A stretch of DNA of 64,000 nt, from the NCBI GenBank assembly GCA_013265495.1, contig MU058781.1, positions 10,893,009 through 10,957,008 of the forward strand, written 5' to 3'. Source of the stretch: Vicugna vicugna. Lineage: Eukaryota. The notes under the pieces are model-generated. The model had not been told where the DNA came from. It searched no databases and was given only the letters and a program-made list of their open reading frames with translations. This document shows positions 1-12,310 of the stretch, in pieces. How positions within the stretch are numbered: the stretch's first letter is position 1; each line of letters opens with the position of its first letter. The position numbers were made by a program, and so were the translations under genes.

Positions 1-1239
1 CCTCAGTGAGAAACATTTATCTGGACCATTTGCTTGCTCATATGGAGATTTTAGGAAGAGGGAAAAAAAAAAACAACAATCTAAGTAAATTCAGGATAGT
101 GTCTTCAATCCCTGAACACCATCATCTTTAGAAGACTTATTAGCTTATTATTTTTCATGGAGCTGAAAGCACATTCTGGAACTCACTATTGTCTGTCAAG
201 CTCTCCACCACATTTGGACTTAGTATGCCTTAGAGTTCCCATGGTTACTAATTAACTCCTGTGCCCTGGATTCATTAGACTCCATAGCAGAGATTATACA
301 TTATGTAAAAATGTTTGGTTCTAAATAAATTCAGAAAATACACTAGATGCATTAAGTTTTATTGCAAATAAAATTAACTCGCCTCTCATTAAACTCTATT
401 GAAGTTTTTGAATTTAAGCCTCAGAACTTGCAATCTTTACTTTCACCTTTGCATAGCTCAGTTTAAAACACAGCTAACATGTTTCTCTCCCTCTTTTTTT
501 TGTTTTAAAAATATGACATATTGTTTGTTATCCTTATAAACATAATCTATATTCTTCTGGATCCAAGATCACATTCACAGTAAATTTTAATGCACATTAC
601 TATTAAAATAAGATCTAAATATAAATTATATTTTCCAAGTTATTTTATTGTAACTATTTTTAAAAGTATACGCAAACCACAATAGTATATTTTTTCCTAG
701 AAAGCAGTGTATAGTTTCTAATTATAGAATATTTGAGACAGTCGGAAAGAATCAATTAACCTTGTCTTTTTCCTAATTTCCACCCAATATTTTGAATTCT
801 CATCTCACATCCAGTAATCTGAAATTTAAAAAATTAATTTGTTTTTGAATTCCGTATTTTATATCTGTAGACATTACAGTATAAAAAGTTGTTAAAAATA
901 AAAATAGAAAGAATGTAAATGTTTTAGCCTTATGATGGTTATACCAATTTAATATAAGAAAGTAATCCTAAATGTCAACAAATAACCTGTTTATGAGGAA
1001 ATTAATTTTATAATGATTTTTATCCACTTAAATTCAGTTAACAAATTATCCAAATAATCACTTACTTTTGTGACAATAAATCAAAAAATAAAAGTAAATT
1101 ACTGCTTTCAGTACCTAATATACATCTTGTAAAATAAATTCTACATCCATCCCTGAGGAGTACAAATTTCACATGATAATCTTGGGACAAACAACAACAA
1201 GAAGTATTTAATAGAAAAAAACACTAGTGGAATTCTTCA

Positions 1240-1665
1240 TCTGAATATTTTGCACTGGAAGATGTAAAAGCACCTCAATCCATATAACCACCACCATCAT
1301 CTTTTCGATTAAACCTGTTCCTCTTGTGGTATTTCTTTATTAATTTATGGAACCCCACCTACCCATTTAAGCCAGAATTTAGAAATGATTTATTCTATTT
1401 AACAACCCCCTGCCCCACATATACACATACATCCAATGAGTCACAAATGTCTTAAAGGCTTTCTCTTGTCATTTTCCCTCCACTCCCTGTTTCCATTGGT
1501 TCAGGTTTTAGTCTCTCTCACAAATAAAGTAGCCTCCTAACTGTTCTCCCCACCTCCAAATCTGTCCTCCACAAATTCATTCTCCATGTTACACCCCAAT
1601 CTCCTTCTAAAATGAAATATACATGTGTATGTATGTATACTCTCATATTACTTCTCTGTTAAGAT
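1240..1665 (+). mobile_element. LINE-2 (L2) fragment, ancient
   Basis: Pyrimidine-rich L2-like text, e.g. 'tagcctcctaactgttctccccacctcca...ttcattctccatg'. Boundaries approximate. Confidence 0.65.
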
Positions 1666-2214
1666 CCTCCTATTTATTAGTGCACTTATTAAATCAGTAC
1701 TTACTGAGGCCTCTAATGCTGTTCACTTATCAATGCTCAGTATACAATGAGTATGCACTAGTGTACCATCCTTGTCATCATCCTCAGGCTCATTGAGAGA
1801 GTCCCTCTGTGTTCTCACACAGCCCCCCTCTGTGCAGCCTCATGAGTCTTCCATCCGGCACTGCTGTGGGACCCCAGAAACCAGCCTCCATGACCAATAT
1901 GAGTTCGATGCTTAATAAGGCTTTGATGACCAACTCAAAGAAAAAAGATATGTAGTCAAATGGACATGACAGAAGTGAAAACAGATAAATGATAGCAAAT
2001 GCTTCAAAAAGAGGTATAAATTAAGTGATACAGGAATTTAAAGGAAAAAGTTAAGAATAGCCAAAAGGAGCTCCTTTCTACAGCCCTGAGTAATTCTAAT
2101 GCCTGGTGGTCTGGGGAAAATCTTCAAAAAAAATTCTTATCTGTAAGACAAAGACTAAAAACTTTATGATGAAACAAAATCGCCCTTTATTCTCTATTAT
2201 CGGTCTCTGGTTCA

Positions 2215-2470
2215 TCCCTTTCCACTGCCCTGCCTTCATCTAAGAATCCACATACTCTGATTCATACCCCCTAAATTCCATGCTTTCTCATGACCCTACC
2301 TCTTTTCACATGACATTTGGTTTCTCAGCCTCAGGTCCTCACCCCTTATATGCCCAGAGATTTCCTTTTCCCCTTCAAGATTCAGGTCAGATGTCACCTC
2401 TCTAGTGAAGACTACCTTGATCAGTTGCTTGTCTGCCAAACTATTTCTGTACCCTCATGTTTTACATATA
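2215..2470 (+). mobile_element. L2 fragment
   Basis: 'ccttcaagattcaggtcagatgtcacctctctagtgaagactaccttga' resembles the L2 3' region. Confidence 0.6.
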
Positions 2471-2504
2471 AAACTGACTTTTCACATACATAATAGAATT
2501 CAGA

Positions 2505-3050
2505 ATTAATGAAGTTATGGGGAGATAAGTACTCTCATGCACTGCTGGTGGGAGTATAAATTGTCATGATCTCATTGGAAGACAATTTGGAAGGGTCTCA
2601 TGAAAATGCACATGTTCATAGATTTATTTTTTTCTTTCTCTTGAATGCTTCCCCTCTAACTAAAAATATGACCAGTAAGAAGACAAAGAGATATGTAGAT
2701 AAGTGTTATTTCAGTCTCACTAGTAATATTAAAAATTGGAAATAACCCAATAGTCAACTATACAGGAATGCTAAAATAAATTATAATAAAATGGGGGAAA
2801 AGAACCAAAGAGTACTTAATTACACAGGGAAAATATCATTAACATTAAGGAAGTAACTCAGAATGTAAAATTTTAAAAACAATGTTCTTTTTAAACATTA
2901 AAATATGCATATTGAAAAGACAAATAAAATATATCAAAATGATATGGTGATTATCACTGGATTATAGTCTTGTGGGTAAACTGTATTTTTCCTCTTTCTG
3001 TATTCTCCAATGACTGTGCTAGGTTTAATAATAAAAATAATATATTTCAA
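2505..3050 (+). mobile_element. Old L1 (L1M-type) ORF2 end and 3' UTR
   Basis: 'actctcatgcactgctggtgggagtataaattg...ttggaagacaatttgg' and 'aaaaattggaaataaccc' are typical L1 3'-end motifs. Confidence 0.75.
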
Positions 3051-4714
3051 ATGAATTAGTAGATTGCTAGTAAACTAATCCATCCATCTGTCCATTCATC
3101 CATCATTGGAAAAGGTCATTCCAATGGTTTTGTGCAAACATAACCTTAGTTACACCTTGCTTCTGCCCCAAATCACTGAAACGAATGATGCCAGGGTCTT
3201 CAATTCTGTCTTATCAACCAGAGAAAGACCATACCCAGATAACAAGCTTTCAGAAATCCGACACACGGTAATAGAGAAATGTGAGCTCTCATAAATGAAT
3301 GCACAATGCGTAGGCTTCGAAAGCATGCCCTACCACAGAAGTGGGATTGTGACTGCTAATAACCTTCAAAAAACAAGATATTCATTATATCCAGGTCATA
3401 CTGACATTTTACTTATTACAGGGAAAAAAAAAGTCACTTTCAAAGAGCCACCAAAAAGTCACAGAAAAACTTTTCAAAATTCTATGTGAAACCAATTCTC
3501 CCTAGTTCATATTGATTATTTTTTCTCTTTTACCTTGTTTATTATTCTTAGGCACATACGGGGATAGAGATTGGTATGTTTAGAGCACAGAAAAGGATAC
3601 TGCAAAGTCCCTCGAGTGCTGATCTTGAGTAAGAAATTTTTTTCATTTTGTATCTGGAGCTCTTGAGCTGTGAAATGAGGATAATATCCTATGCCCTTAC
3701 CATTTTGATAAGAGAATCATAAAGATTACAGAATTGTAAAAATGAATGAGATACAGGTAAGATTTATCATTGGGTTTTACTGACCACCATATTATAATCA
3801 TTATGCTGGAAGAAGAAAAGGTAACAATGAGCATTGTCCACATTACATCGAGCATCATTCCTGTGGACTTTCCACGTGCTGTTCATCCGAGAACATATTT
3901 TTTAAGTACTGAACTTTTAGTCACATGGATGCAAAAAGGTTTGAAGAATGATCACCACTTTGAATGGAATTGTTCTTTTTCCTTGAGGCCGTCAGCAAAT
4001 ACCTATAACCCATGCTCTCAATGGAAACATCTTGAAGAAAAGCTGCCAAAGAGATGCAAAGAAAAAATTCTTGCTAAAAAAGCAGCAGAGCAGTCAACTT
4101 CTTTCAGTGACAGCTCCATTATCACACTGATTGACTGTAAAAAAGAAAAAGAGACGAAAGGAATAAGAAAGAAAATATCTTATTTTTTACTGGCTGAGCA
4201 ACTTCTAAACAGAATTCTTTAGTAAGCTTACCAAAAGGCAAAATAATAACTTTGCAAATCTTGGTGTCAGTCATAAAGAAACTGAAATCCTTGTGTCTTT
4301 CAGTGTTTTATCGCTTAAAGACAGTTGAAAGTTTTTTTTTCATTGCTCTAGACATTATTTTCTTTTGCTAGCTGTCATTTTCATACGTAGAACACTGATC
4401 CATGCTGTCTGCCAAAAAAAAAAAAAAATCCACACAATCCTTGCCTGCGGCCAACAAACCTCACACATCTTCAAACTGATTTTTCAGACTAAAGTGATCT
4501 ATTTCCCAAAGATTCATTCTCCAGAAATGAAGCCTCAAGTCAGCTTCTGTGAAAGAGCATAGACCCGTGGAGGCAGAGCATGGCTCTTTTCTTCCCACCT
4601 GTGTAGTTCTTCTGAAGATGTAAGTTCAAAGCTGTGTTGAAGCTGAAATACACACTACCAGTGCAATCCTTGGCCGTCCAAGAAAAGGGCAAAAGGATGT
4701 AGATGGAAACAATA

Positions 4715-4825
4715 TAGCATAATAATCAGAACTGAAGGTTACAACACTTGCTTGCTGTGTGACTTACGGCTATTCACTCACCTTCTCTGTTAGCATGTCC
4801 CCATATATAAAATAAAGGAGATGCC
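4715..4825 (+). mobile_element. MIR SINE fragment
   Basis: 'cttgcttgctgtgtgactt...cactcaccttctctg' resembles the MIR core. Confidence 0.6.
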
Positions 4826-5569
4826 GTAGCCTAATGCTTTTCAAACTCAACAGGGGATCATATCAAACAGTAAATTCCATTTCATGGAGCCCTTTGAGGT
4901 CTTTCAGAATAGTAAAGCTCCAAGTACAAAAGCATCATGGAAAGCAGAGTAACAGCTTAGCAGTCAGCTGGGAAGGAATAGAAGGAAGAAGTGTGTGGTT
5001 GACTTTCTGAGAATGTTCTATGAACTGAGGCTTTACACGGAGACAAAGGATATGCTTTTGTGGTGAGAAAATCAAAGGTAAAAGATTTTAATTTTATAAA
5101 TCACAGAAGAGGCATCAGTAGAGCTGTGGATATTAGAGAAGAGCAAAGGAAAGTACATACTGGATCACTTTAAAATTCCAAAATTTCTTACATGGGAATG
5201 GAGACTTTTTTTGGCCAATGGCTTTTACTAGGTTTTTGAGCTTTAAGAGGTTTCTAATTGAAGAAGATATGTCACCATGGGAAAAAGCTTGCGTTCTTTA
5301 GTCCCCCACACACATACACACACAACTTGGATTTTTTTTCCCCCTATATATGATACATCTCAATTTCATTCTGGAGATATCTATTATATGGCTGTTAAAA
5401 TATGTTTGGAGTCACAGTTCTATATAGATCAGAGATGACAGTTCATAATAAGCATCAGCCATTCCCTCTTTCAGGACCTATGACAGACATTACTAAAGCA
5501 TCAGAGAAAGTATGGCCAGGCAGCTACTGTCCATGGTCCAGATTGGTACAGAGTTGAAATGCATTTCCC

Positions 5570-5720
5570 ACTCCTATTGTAATGAAAAGAGCACTAGGTT
5601 TGGGTCAGAGGTCCTGATTTCTAATGCTGACTCTGTAATATACTTTAGAAAGCCACATAATTCCCCATGCCTTGGTTCTTCTTCTAAAAATGGGAGTTTA
5701 GCTAGGTAACCTCCAAGACT
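5570..5720 (+). mobile_element. MIR SINE fragment
   Basis: 'gaaaagagcactaggtttgggtcagaggtcctgatttctaatgctgactctg...cttctaaaaatggg'. Confidence 0.6.
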
Positions 5721-6447
5721 ACAACCCACCCAAGTTAGTTGTGATTTAAATATATACAAATGTTTGTTGTCACACTACTAGAAAATCCACCACCAATACT
5801 GATACGTATACTCTCATTAATATACGATACTCCACAACTACAGTTTTAAGGTTTGGTCCCATACAACAAAACAAATGCTTTCCCCCTCAAAAAAACAATG
5901 CTTTTCTACAGGTAATATGTTAAAATGAACTGGTCATGCATGACCCCATTTGAATTGAGATTATCATGTTCTTTCTAACTGAAGAGCACACCTACACTTC
6001 TCTTTTGCATTCTCTCTTATTCTTACTAATTTAAAATTAATTAGATCAATTAATTGTTTTAGTTACAAAATTGGAAATTTATATTTATAGCAACCCTGGT
6101 CATTGGGGGGATTTCTTTCTGAACATTATGAAATCTTTATGTTCTAATAACTATTTTCTCCCCATAATTTAGTGCTTACTCCCACCTCTCTGAAAATAAA
6201 GATAATTGGCATAGAAAGGAACACTAGCACTCAGTTGTAGTAGCCTGCATGATTAGAATGTGCTGTGTCAGTGTTAGAGTATTCCATTTTTAGTGTTGGC
6301 CCTTATCTCCATGGAGCAACTGAAAAAAAACCAGATTTTGTATTACGTAAGAGAAGAGAATAAGGCAGAGAAAGTTGAAGAGAGATGGCAATTTTAAGTA
6401 TTAAAGAAATAGGGTGTGAGGAAAAATATTAAAGAAGGGCAATGATA

Positions 6448-6576
6448 GGAGGGAGGATATAGCTCAAGTGGTAGAGCACGTGCTTAGCATACAGAAGGTC
6501 CTGGGTTCAATCCCCAGTACCTCCTCTAAAAGATTATTAAGTAAAACCTAATTACCTCCCCTGCCAAAAAAAAAAA
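6448..6576 (+). mobile_element. tRNA-Ala-derived camelid SINE (Vic-1 type)
   Basis: A box TAGCTCAAGTGG (6460-6471), AGC anticodon relic (6486-6488), B box GGTTCAATCC (6504-6513), non-tRNA tail 'aaacctaattacctcccc', A11 run (6566-6576), and a 14/16 TSD at 6431-6446 / 6590-6605. Confidence 0.9.
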
Positions 6577-7019
6577 GTTGAAAGGCACTAAAGAAGGGTG
6601 ATGATGATTGCCAACTCAATCTTCAGAGAGAAATGAATTAATCAGGGAGATGAAGAAGCCATGGACATGGTTACTCAGTCTCACCCTCAGTCGGGAATCA
6701 GACTAGCAATCAGGAAATCATATTCTTTGTATGATGTCGGTCAAGTTGTTTTATCACTGAAGCCTACTGCTTGCATTTCAAAATGATGACATGGGGGATA
6801 CTGTCATAAAATTTATAAGGGTTATAAGAGGGTATGCAAATATGTAAAATTTGATATTACATAATTATTATATATTAATGAAATTGATCTTTTTCTCAAT
6901 GTGGGGAAAGTAGGTGATTTTAAGGCTTAGATATTTATACTCTAAGACACTCAACCCCTTCACATCAGGTGAGAGAATTCATTAGTCCTCTTACGTATGA
7001 ATAATAAAAAAGTTATGAT

Positions 7020-7315
7020 TGTATCAACTTCCCATGGCTTCCATAGCAAAGTACTAGAAACCCTGTGGTTATAACAGAAATTTATTTTCTTACAGTTATA
7101 GAGACCAAAAGTCTGAAATTAATATGTCAGCAGAGCTGTTTCCTTCTTGGGGGCTCAGAGAATGAATCTGTTCCATGAGTCTCTCCTAGCTTCTGTTGTT
7201 TATTGGCAAACCTTGAGGTTCCTTGGTTAACAGCAACATAACTCCAATCTCTGTTCCTGTTATCATATTGTGTTCTCTGTGTGTGTGTGTGTGAGTCTGT
7301 GTATCTTCTTTTTAT
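7020..7315 (-). mobile_element. MaLR LTR (MLT1B/C-like), partial
   Basis: 'aacagaaatttattttcttacagtt...gtctgaaatt...gaatctgttccatgagtctctcctagcttctg' matches the reverse complement of an MLT1 3' half. Confidence 0.8.
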
Positions 7316-7849
7316 TTTAGTCTGTCTGTGGTAACAGAAACCCGATAGATTAGTGAAACAACTATCCTGAGATCATACAGCTAAAAAGTAGGGGAGCTTA
7401 GATTGTCTGATTGCAAAGTTTGTGTTTCTAACCACCACTAGGTAGTTTCATACTTATCTAGTCAGTCACAGTGTCAAGTACAGCCAAAAAAAGGAGGGGG
7501 AATAGAATGTCCTGAACTTGGAAGATAATGGAAATTTAACCATAGCATACATAGCAACTCTTGCAACAAGTGTGGACTCAATTAAAATGTACTCAAAGTG
7601 TTCCTTTTCTGGTTTAATGTGTTCCCGTTCTGGTTTGAAACATTAAAACTAGAAAATGGGCTATAAGGGTCATTATTGGCATGAGTAAAGCTGACCCTTG
7701 CAAGCAAAACTCATGGAAGCAATTAGCCCAAGAACGGACTTAGAGCTCTGAGCATACAAGGGACTGTTTAGTTGGTCACCATGGCTTCAGGTTCTGACAC
7801 TGGATCTTCAGTTCTGCCACATACCAACTAAATACCTAACATTTCACAA

Positions 7850-8035
7850 GACCTTACAAGCAGCCAAATAATGTAACACATACTTGCCTTACATTATTTC
7901 ACTTTATCTTTCACATGCATGCTGTGAGGGCTAGTATTCCCATTTACACATTAGGAAACTGAGGTTTAAAGAAAGGTAAGTCATGTCCAAGGTTAGAAAG
8001 CTTGTGACTAGTGCCAGGGGAACATCAAGCCTAGC
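7850..8035 (-). mobile_element. MIR SINE
   Basis: 'cccatttacacattaggaaactgaggttt...gtaagtcatgtccaagg'. Confidence 0.75.
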
Positions 8036-8849
8036 CTAATAAATTACTAACCTTCACACTTTGGATAATATAAAGGGCAATATACATTCACCACCTGTCC
8101 AGACATACCACTAGCACCTATGTAATTAAATCCTTCCAGAATAGCCGGGAATCTTGAACATAACAGTAACCATTGACAACTGCCTAGTGTCATCATTGAG
8201 AATGACAGCAAAGCTAGTGACTTTAGACCTAGATTTTTCTCCACAGAGCCATTAGCCCTGCAAGCAACCCATGAAAGTCAGGTATTGTTGGCAGAAGCAT
8301 TTTTAATTCCTAAGAGAACAATCAACCTGGAAAACATAACCAAAAAATGCACATTTTGTTTCATTAATAAGAACATTTTTGAGAGTTATGAAGTAAACAA
8401 ATTCTTCAGTTTTGCTGTGTGCAAGTAGATGGCTTGCTCAGCAAATTGGCTCTTCACATTTGGGGAACATGCCTTGAAGAAGGTTAATTAAAACGGAAAT
8501 AAAGAAACAACTGGTAACATCGGTTATCCTGATGATCATACAGCAGATGGGAGCCTCTTAGCAGAGACAGACAAAGCAGCATGCCACATGCCTACCAGAT
8601 CATCTTAAACGGAGCGGAACTAGCCACCACAGGGAGCGAGGTTATGATGTATGACCAGAGTAGCATCCATTTCACCTCTACTTCTTCTTCATCCATACCT
8701 TCTAACAAAGCCATATCATCCATGTTATGTATAATGTTGATGGTCAAATTTCGTCTGTTTCTACAGATCCCCTGATTGTACACATTCCCTCTAAGTATCT
8801 AAGTATCACTGTATGTGTAGCTGGAAAATATATAATCATCACAATAATA

Positions 8850-9075
8850 GCTAAAATGCATGAAGTGCTAATAAGCACTAGGTAACTGTACAGTGTGTAC
8901 ACAGCACTATGTACTGTGCTGAGAGTTCTGCATGTATTATCCCATTTAGTCTTCAAAACAACAGAGATACTAACAAAACTAATAAAACAACAGTGATACT
9001 AACAATCCCCATTTTACAGAGGAGAAAAATGATGACTGCAGTGATTAAGTTACTTGCACAAAATGAAACCCAAGT
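8850..9075 (-). mobile_element. MIR SINE
   Basis: 'cactatgtactgtgctgagag...atccccattttacagaggagaaaa...gattaagttacttgcac'. Confidence 0.75.
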
Positions 9076-9221
9076 CTTTCTTACTCTCTTTCATTTGTTC
9101 TTAAACCCTACATTATGCTTAATTATATTTGTTAGTTAGGGACTAGTCAGTAACAGATAATTCTGTAGTCACAGAGGAGTGGCACAGAACAAAGTCTGCA
9201 ATCATGGTATCATACAAGTCT

Positions 9222-9635
9222 TGCATTAGACAGAGTTAGCAACAGGAAACACTACTGAGCTCAGACAAAGAGACTTGAATTAAAAGATTGTTTGCAGAGG
9301 TTGGCAGGGTTAATGGAGAGGGAAGGGAGGTAGGTTGATGCTCAACAGTGGAGACCCAAGGCCAAAAGAAGACAGGAAGAAAACCGTATTACTGGAGCCA
9401 ATGAAAACGGAAACCACAGAGGAGTTGTAGCTATAGAAGGTCAAGGCACCAGAGCAAGAAAAGCACAGGGACAAAAATACCTTGATATTTCTCCTTCCTT
9501 TTTCCAGTATTTGCCATTGCTTCCTATTGGCAGAACCAACTGAAAGCCATTCAGCAAGGGAGCCCAGGTGATACAGTCTTTAGAAGCCAAGCATTTTAGG
9601 AACACAGAACAGACGGTGGAGAATGAACTCAGGAA
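9222..9635 (-). mobile_element. Ancient ERVL-class LTR (LTR16/LTR33-like)
   Basis: 'cttcctattggcagaaccaactgaaagccattcagcaagggagcccaggtgatacagtc...cacagaacag' resembles ERVL LTR text. Subfamily uncertain. Confidence 0.55.
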
Positions 9636-10511
9636 GCTGCACCAGCACGTTGGTACATAAAGGATCTGGAGACCATACCCCTACCTCTATGCTGAGATTG
9701 ATGTCAAGGTTAAAAGTCGGAAACTAACACAAGAGATAATCAAAAGGAGTTATCACTTTTCAATTTAGGGCCTTTAAAAATTACCATAACCTACTTCCCT
9801 ACACAAGTTTTGTCCCCTTAACATGCCCTCATGTCTGCCAAATGCCACAGGTTAACATTATTTCAGAAGAATCAAAAATCTGCTTACAGCAGAAGGAATT
9901 CTCCTGCCTTGAAACTGACATTCTGTAGTTGGACTGTGTTCTTCCTGGTACTGGCTGTCCATTCATTCCATATATGTGTGTAGTATAAACTCATCCATTT
10001 TTCAAGTTTCAGAAACCCCAGGAATCTAGCTCTGAAAAAACGATGTGGGATATAGTGTTGCAGTCACAGCAGAAACATGAAGGCTATGAGGAAATTAAAA
10101 GTTGTATAAGGAGGTGTGGGTTGGTAGAGGCTGAGAGGGGAGGAATAATGTTATATGCAGCCTAAAGAAAGTGGTACTTATCATCTGTGACTTGATTCTG
10201 GACCCCTTGATTCTGCTAGAGATAATGATAACCAAATGAGAGTGACAAAAGAATGCTTTAGGAATCAATCCACCAAGATTCAAGTCAATTAATAATAAAA
10301 TAGTACTCCCACTTTCAAGAGATTTAAAACCAGTCCAAATCAGTAATTACTTTTTTGCTTACTAGTTCTAACATTTTAAGTTAAAAGAAGCAATAAATCA
10401 GTCCCTGGGACAGGTATTCAATTAAATAGTGTATTTCTAGAATATACTCAACAGTGATAGATTAAGAAAAAATAAAGTCACCTTATTTGATCATGTCAGG
10501 CTATTCTTTTT

Positions 10512-11131
10512 TTTGGCTTTTTTCTCTTCATGTTTATTTTTTTAAATATATTTTTATTGAAGTTAGTCAGTTTACATTGTTGTGTCAATTTCTGGTGTAC
10601 AGCACAATACTTCAGTGATACAGAAAGATACATATATTTGTTTTCATATTTTTTCACCATAAGTTACTACAAGATATTGAATATGGTTCCCTGTGCCCAA
10701 CAGTATAAACTTGTTATTTATCCATTTTATATATATTAGTATCCGCAAATCTCGAACTCCCAATTTATCCCTTCCCACCCCCTTTCCCAGCGGTAACCAT
10801 AAGTTTGTTTTCTATGTCTGTGAGTCTGTTTCTGTTTTGTAAATAAGTTTGTTTGTCTTTTTTTTTCTTTAGATTCCACATATAAGTGATATCATATGGT
10901 ATTTTTCTTCCTCTTTCTGGCTTACTTCACTTAGAATTCTCCAGGTTCATCCATGTTGCTGCAAATGGCATTGTTTTATTATTTTTATGGCTGAGTAGTA
11001 TTCCATTGTATAAATATACCACAACTTCTTTATACAGTCATCTGTCGATGGACATTTAGGTTGTTTCCATGTCTTGGCTATTGTAAATAGTGCTGCTATA
11101 AACATTGAGGTCCACGTGTCTTTTTGAAAGT
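10512..11131 (-). mobile_element. 5'-truncated, relatively young L1 (ORF2 C-terminus plus 3' UTR) with TSD
   Basis: Minus frame reads KDTWTSMFIAALFTIAKTWKQPKCPSTDDCIKKLWYIYTMEYYSAIK (L1 ORF2 C-terminus). T-rich tail on the left. TSD ctattcttttt at 10501-10511 and 11132-11142 with a TT/AAAA endonuclease site on the minus strand. Confidence 0.92.
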
Positions 11132-12119
11132 CTATTCTTTTTAATCTTGAGAATGACCCAAAGTTAGTTTTCACTGGTAAACTGAGAAACACAATGCATG
11201 AAGTAACAAAGCTGGATACATAAACAAAACAAAGCAAATTGCTATTTGTAATATTACTTATTTCATCAGTGAAACACCTTTAAGGGAAACACTAAGAGTG
11301 ATGTATTGAAATTACCATGCCAACTAGAACATCTTTCTATGATCCATCAGGCTTTCTTTACTAGAAAAATTAATTATGTTGCCATTTCATAGTTCTCTCC
11401 TGAAACATTTATGCAGGTGTCAAGGATGCATTTGATACAATTGAGAGCCCCATAATGCCTTTAACTAAAATATTTTAAATGTGGTGCATAAAGGAAGAAT
11501 TTCTGGGATTGAGATGCATAATGGAAGTAAAAGAGGCAACTTTTGAGAAACAAAACATTAAATACACTTAGGGGACTTATATCTTTTCCAAGGATGTATT
11601 TGTTGTTGCTTTTCTTTTTCTTTGGATTTAGACTTGCCTTAAGATGTTGAGATCTTTTCTGATAGATCTTTGAGAGAAAATTTGAAAACAAATGTGCCAA
11701 TTCTCTCTTCTACTCTGAAGTCCTGCAAAATATCTACAGCAGTGTAATTTGTTGCTCCCACATGACATATTAACGTTTATTTTTTATAAACTCCCTCAGA
11801 GTAGAGAATATTTTTAGTTTTCAAATTATTATTCACAATCCAATGTCTTTCCTTTTGGACTTGTTTCTCTTGATATAAAGCTCTATGTAGTTTCCCAAGT
11901 CAAGACTGCTAAAGGAAAACAATTTGTAGGAATTTGTTAGCTCCCCTGTAGCAATTCACTTTGAAATATAGCATCATTTTCCAATGGCAATTGTTCTAGC
12001 ATGAATGATAGAGAAGCAAGAGAAAAATGTTCCCTGATTCCACTGTTACACCCTTCTTAGATTTTTGTACTAGCAAACTTATGCATACTTTCAATCTGAT
12101 GTTATTGCAGAAAGCCCTG

Positions 12120-12310
12120 AATTAGTATGTCAGGCATGGAGAGCATTTAATGTTTTATGGAGCAGTGTGACATCTATTGTCTCAAAGGATCCTTCCAGTA
12201 ACCTTATGAGACAGAAAAACCAAATGGTGTGACCTCATTCTACAGTTGAGGAATTGAAGCTTAGTGAGGTTAATGACTTGTCTGTTTATATGACCAAGTT
12301 GTAGTGGAGA
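12120..12310 (-). mobile_element. MIR SINE
   Basis: 'aaccttatgag...ctcattctacagttgaggaattgaagcttagtgaggttaatgacttg'. Confidence 0.7.

Noticed and set aside
6451..6524. Functional tRNA-Ala(AGC) gene
   Set aside because: The anticodon stem is disrupted, and the tRNA-like head is followed by a SINE tail, polyA and TSD, so it is a SINE.
8520..8790. Overlapping short ORFs with an acidic stretch and a CTCF-like ccaccacagggagc
   Set aside because: No recognisable protein or flanking splice sites, and the CTCF-like string lacks the near-invariant G of the core.
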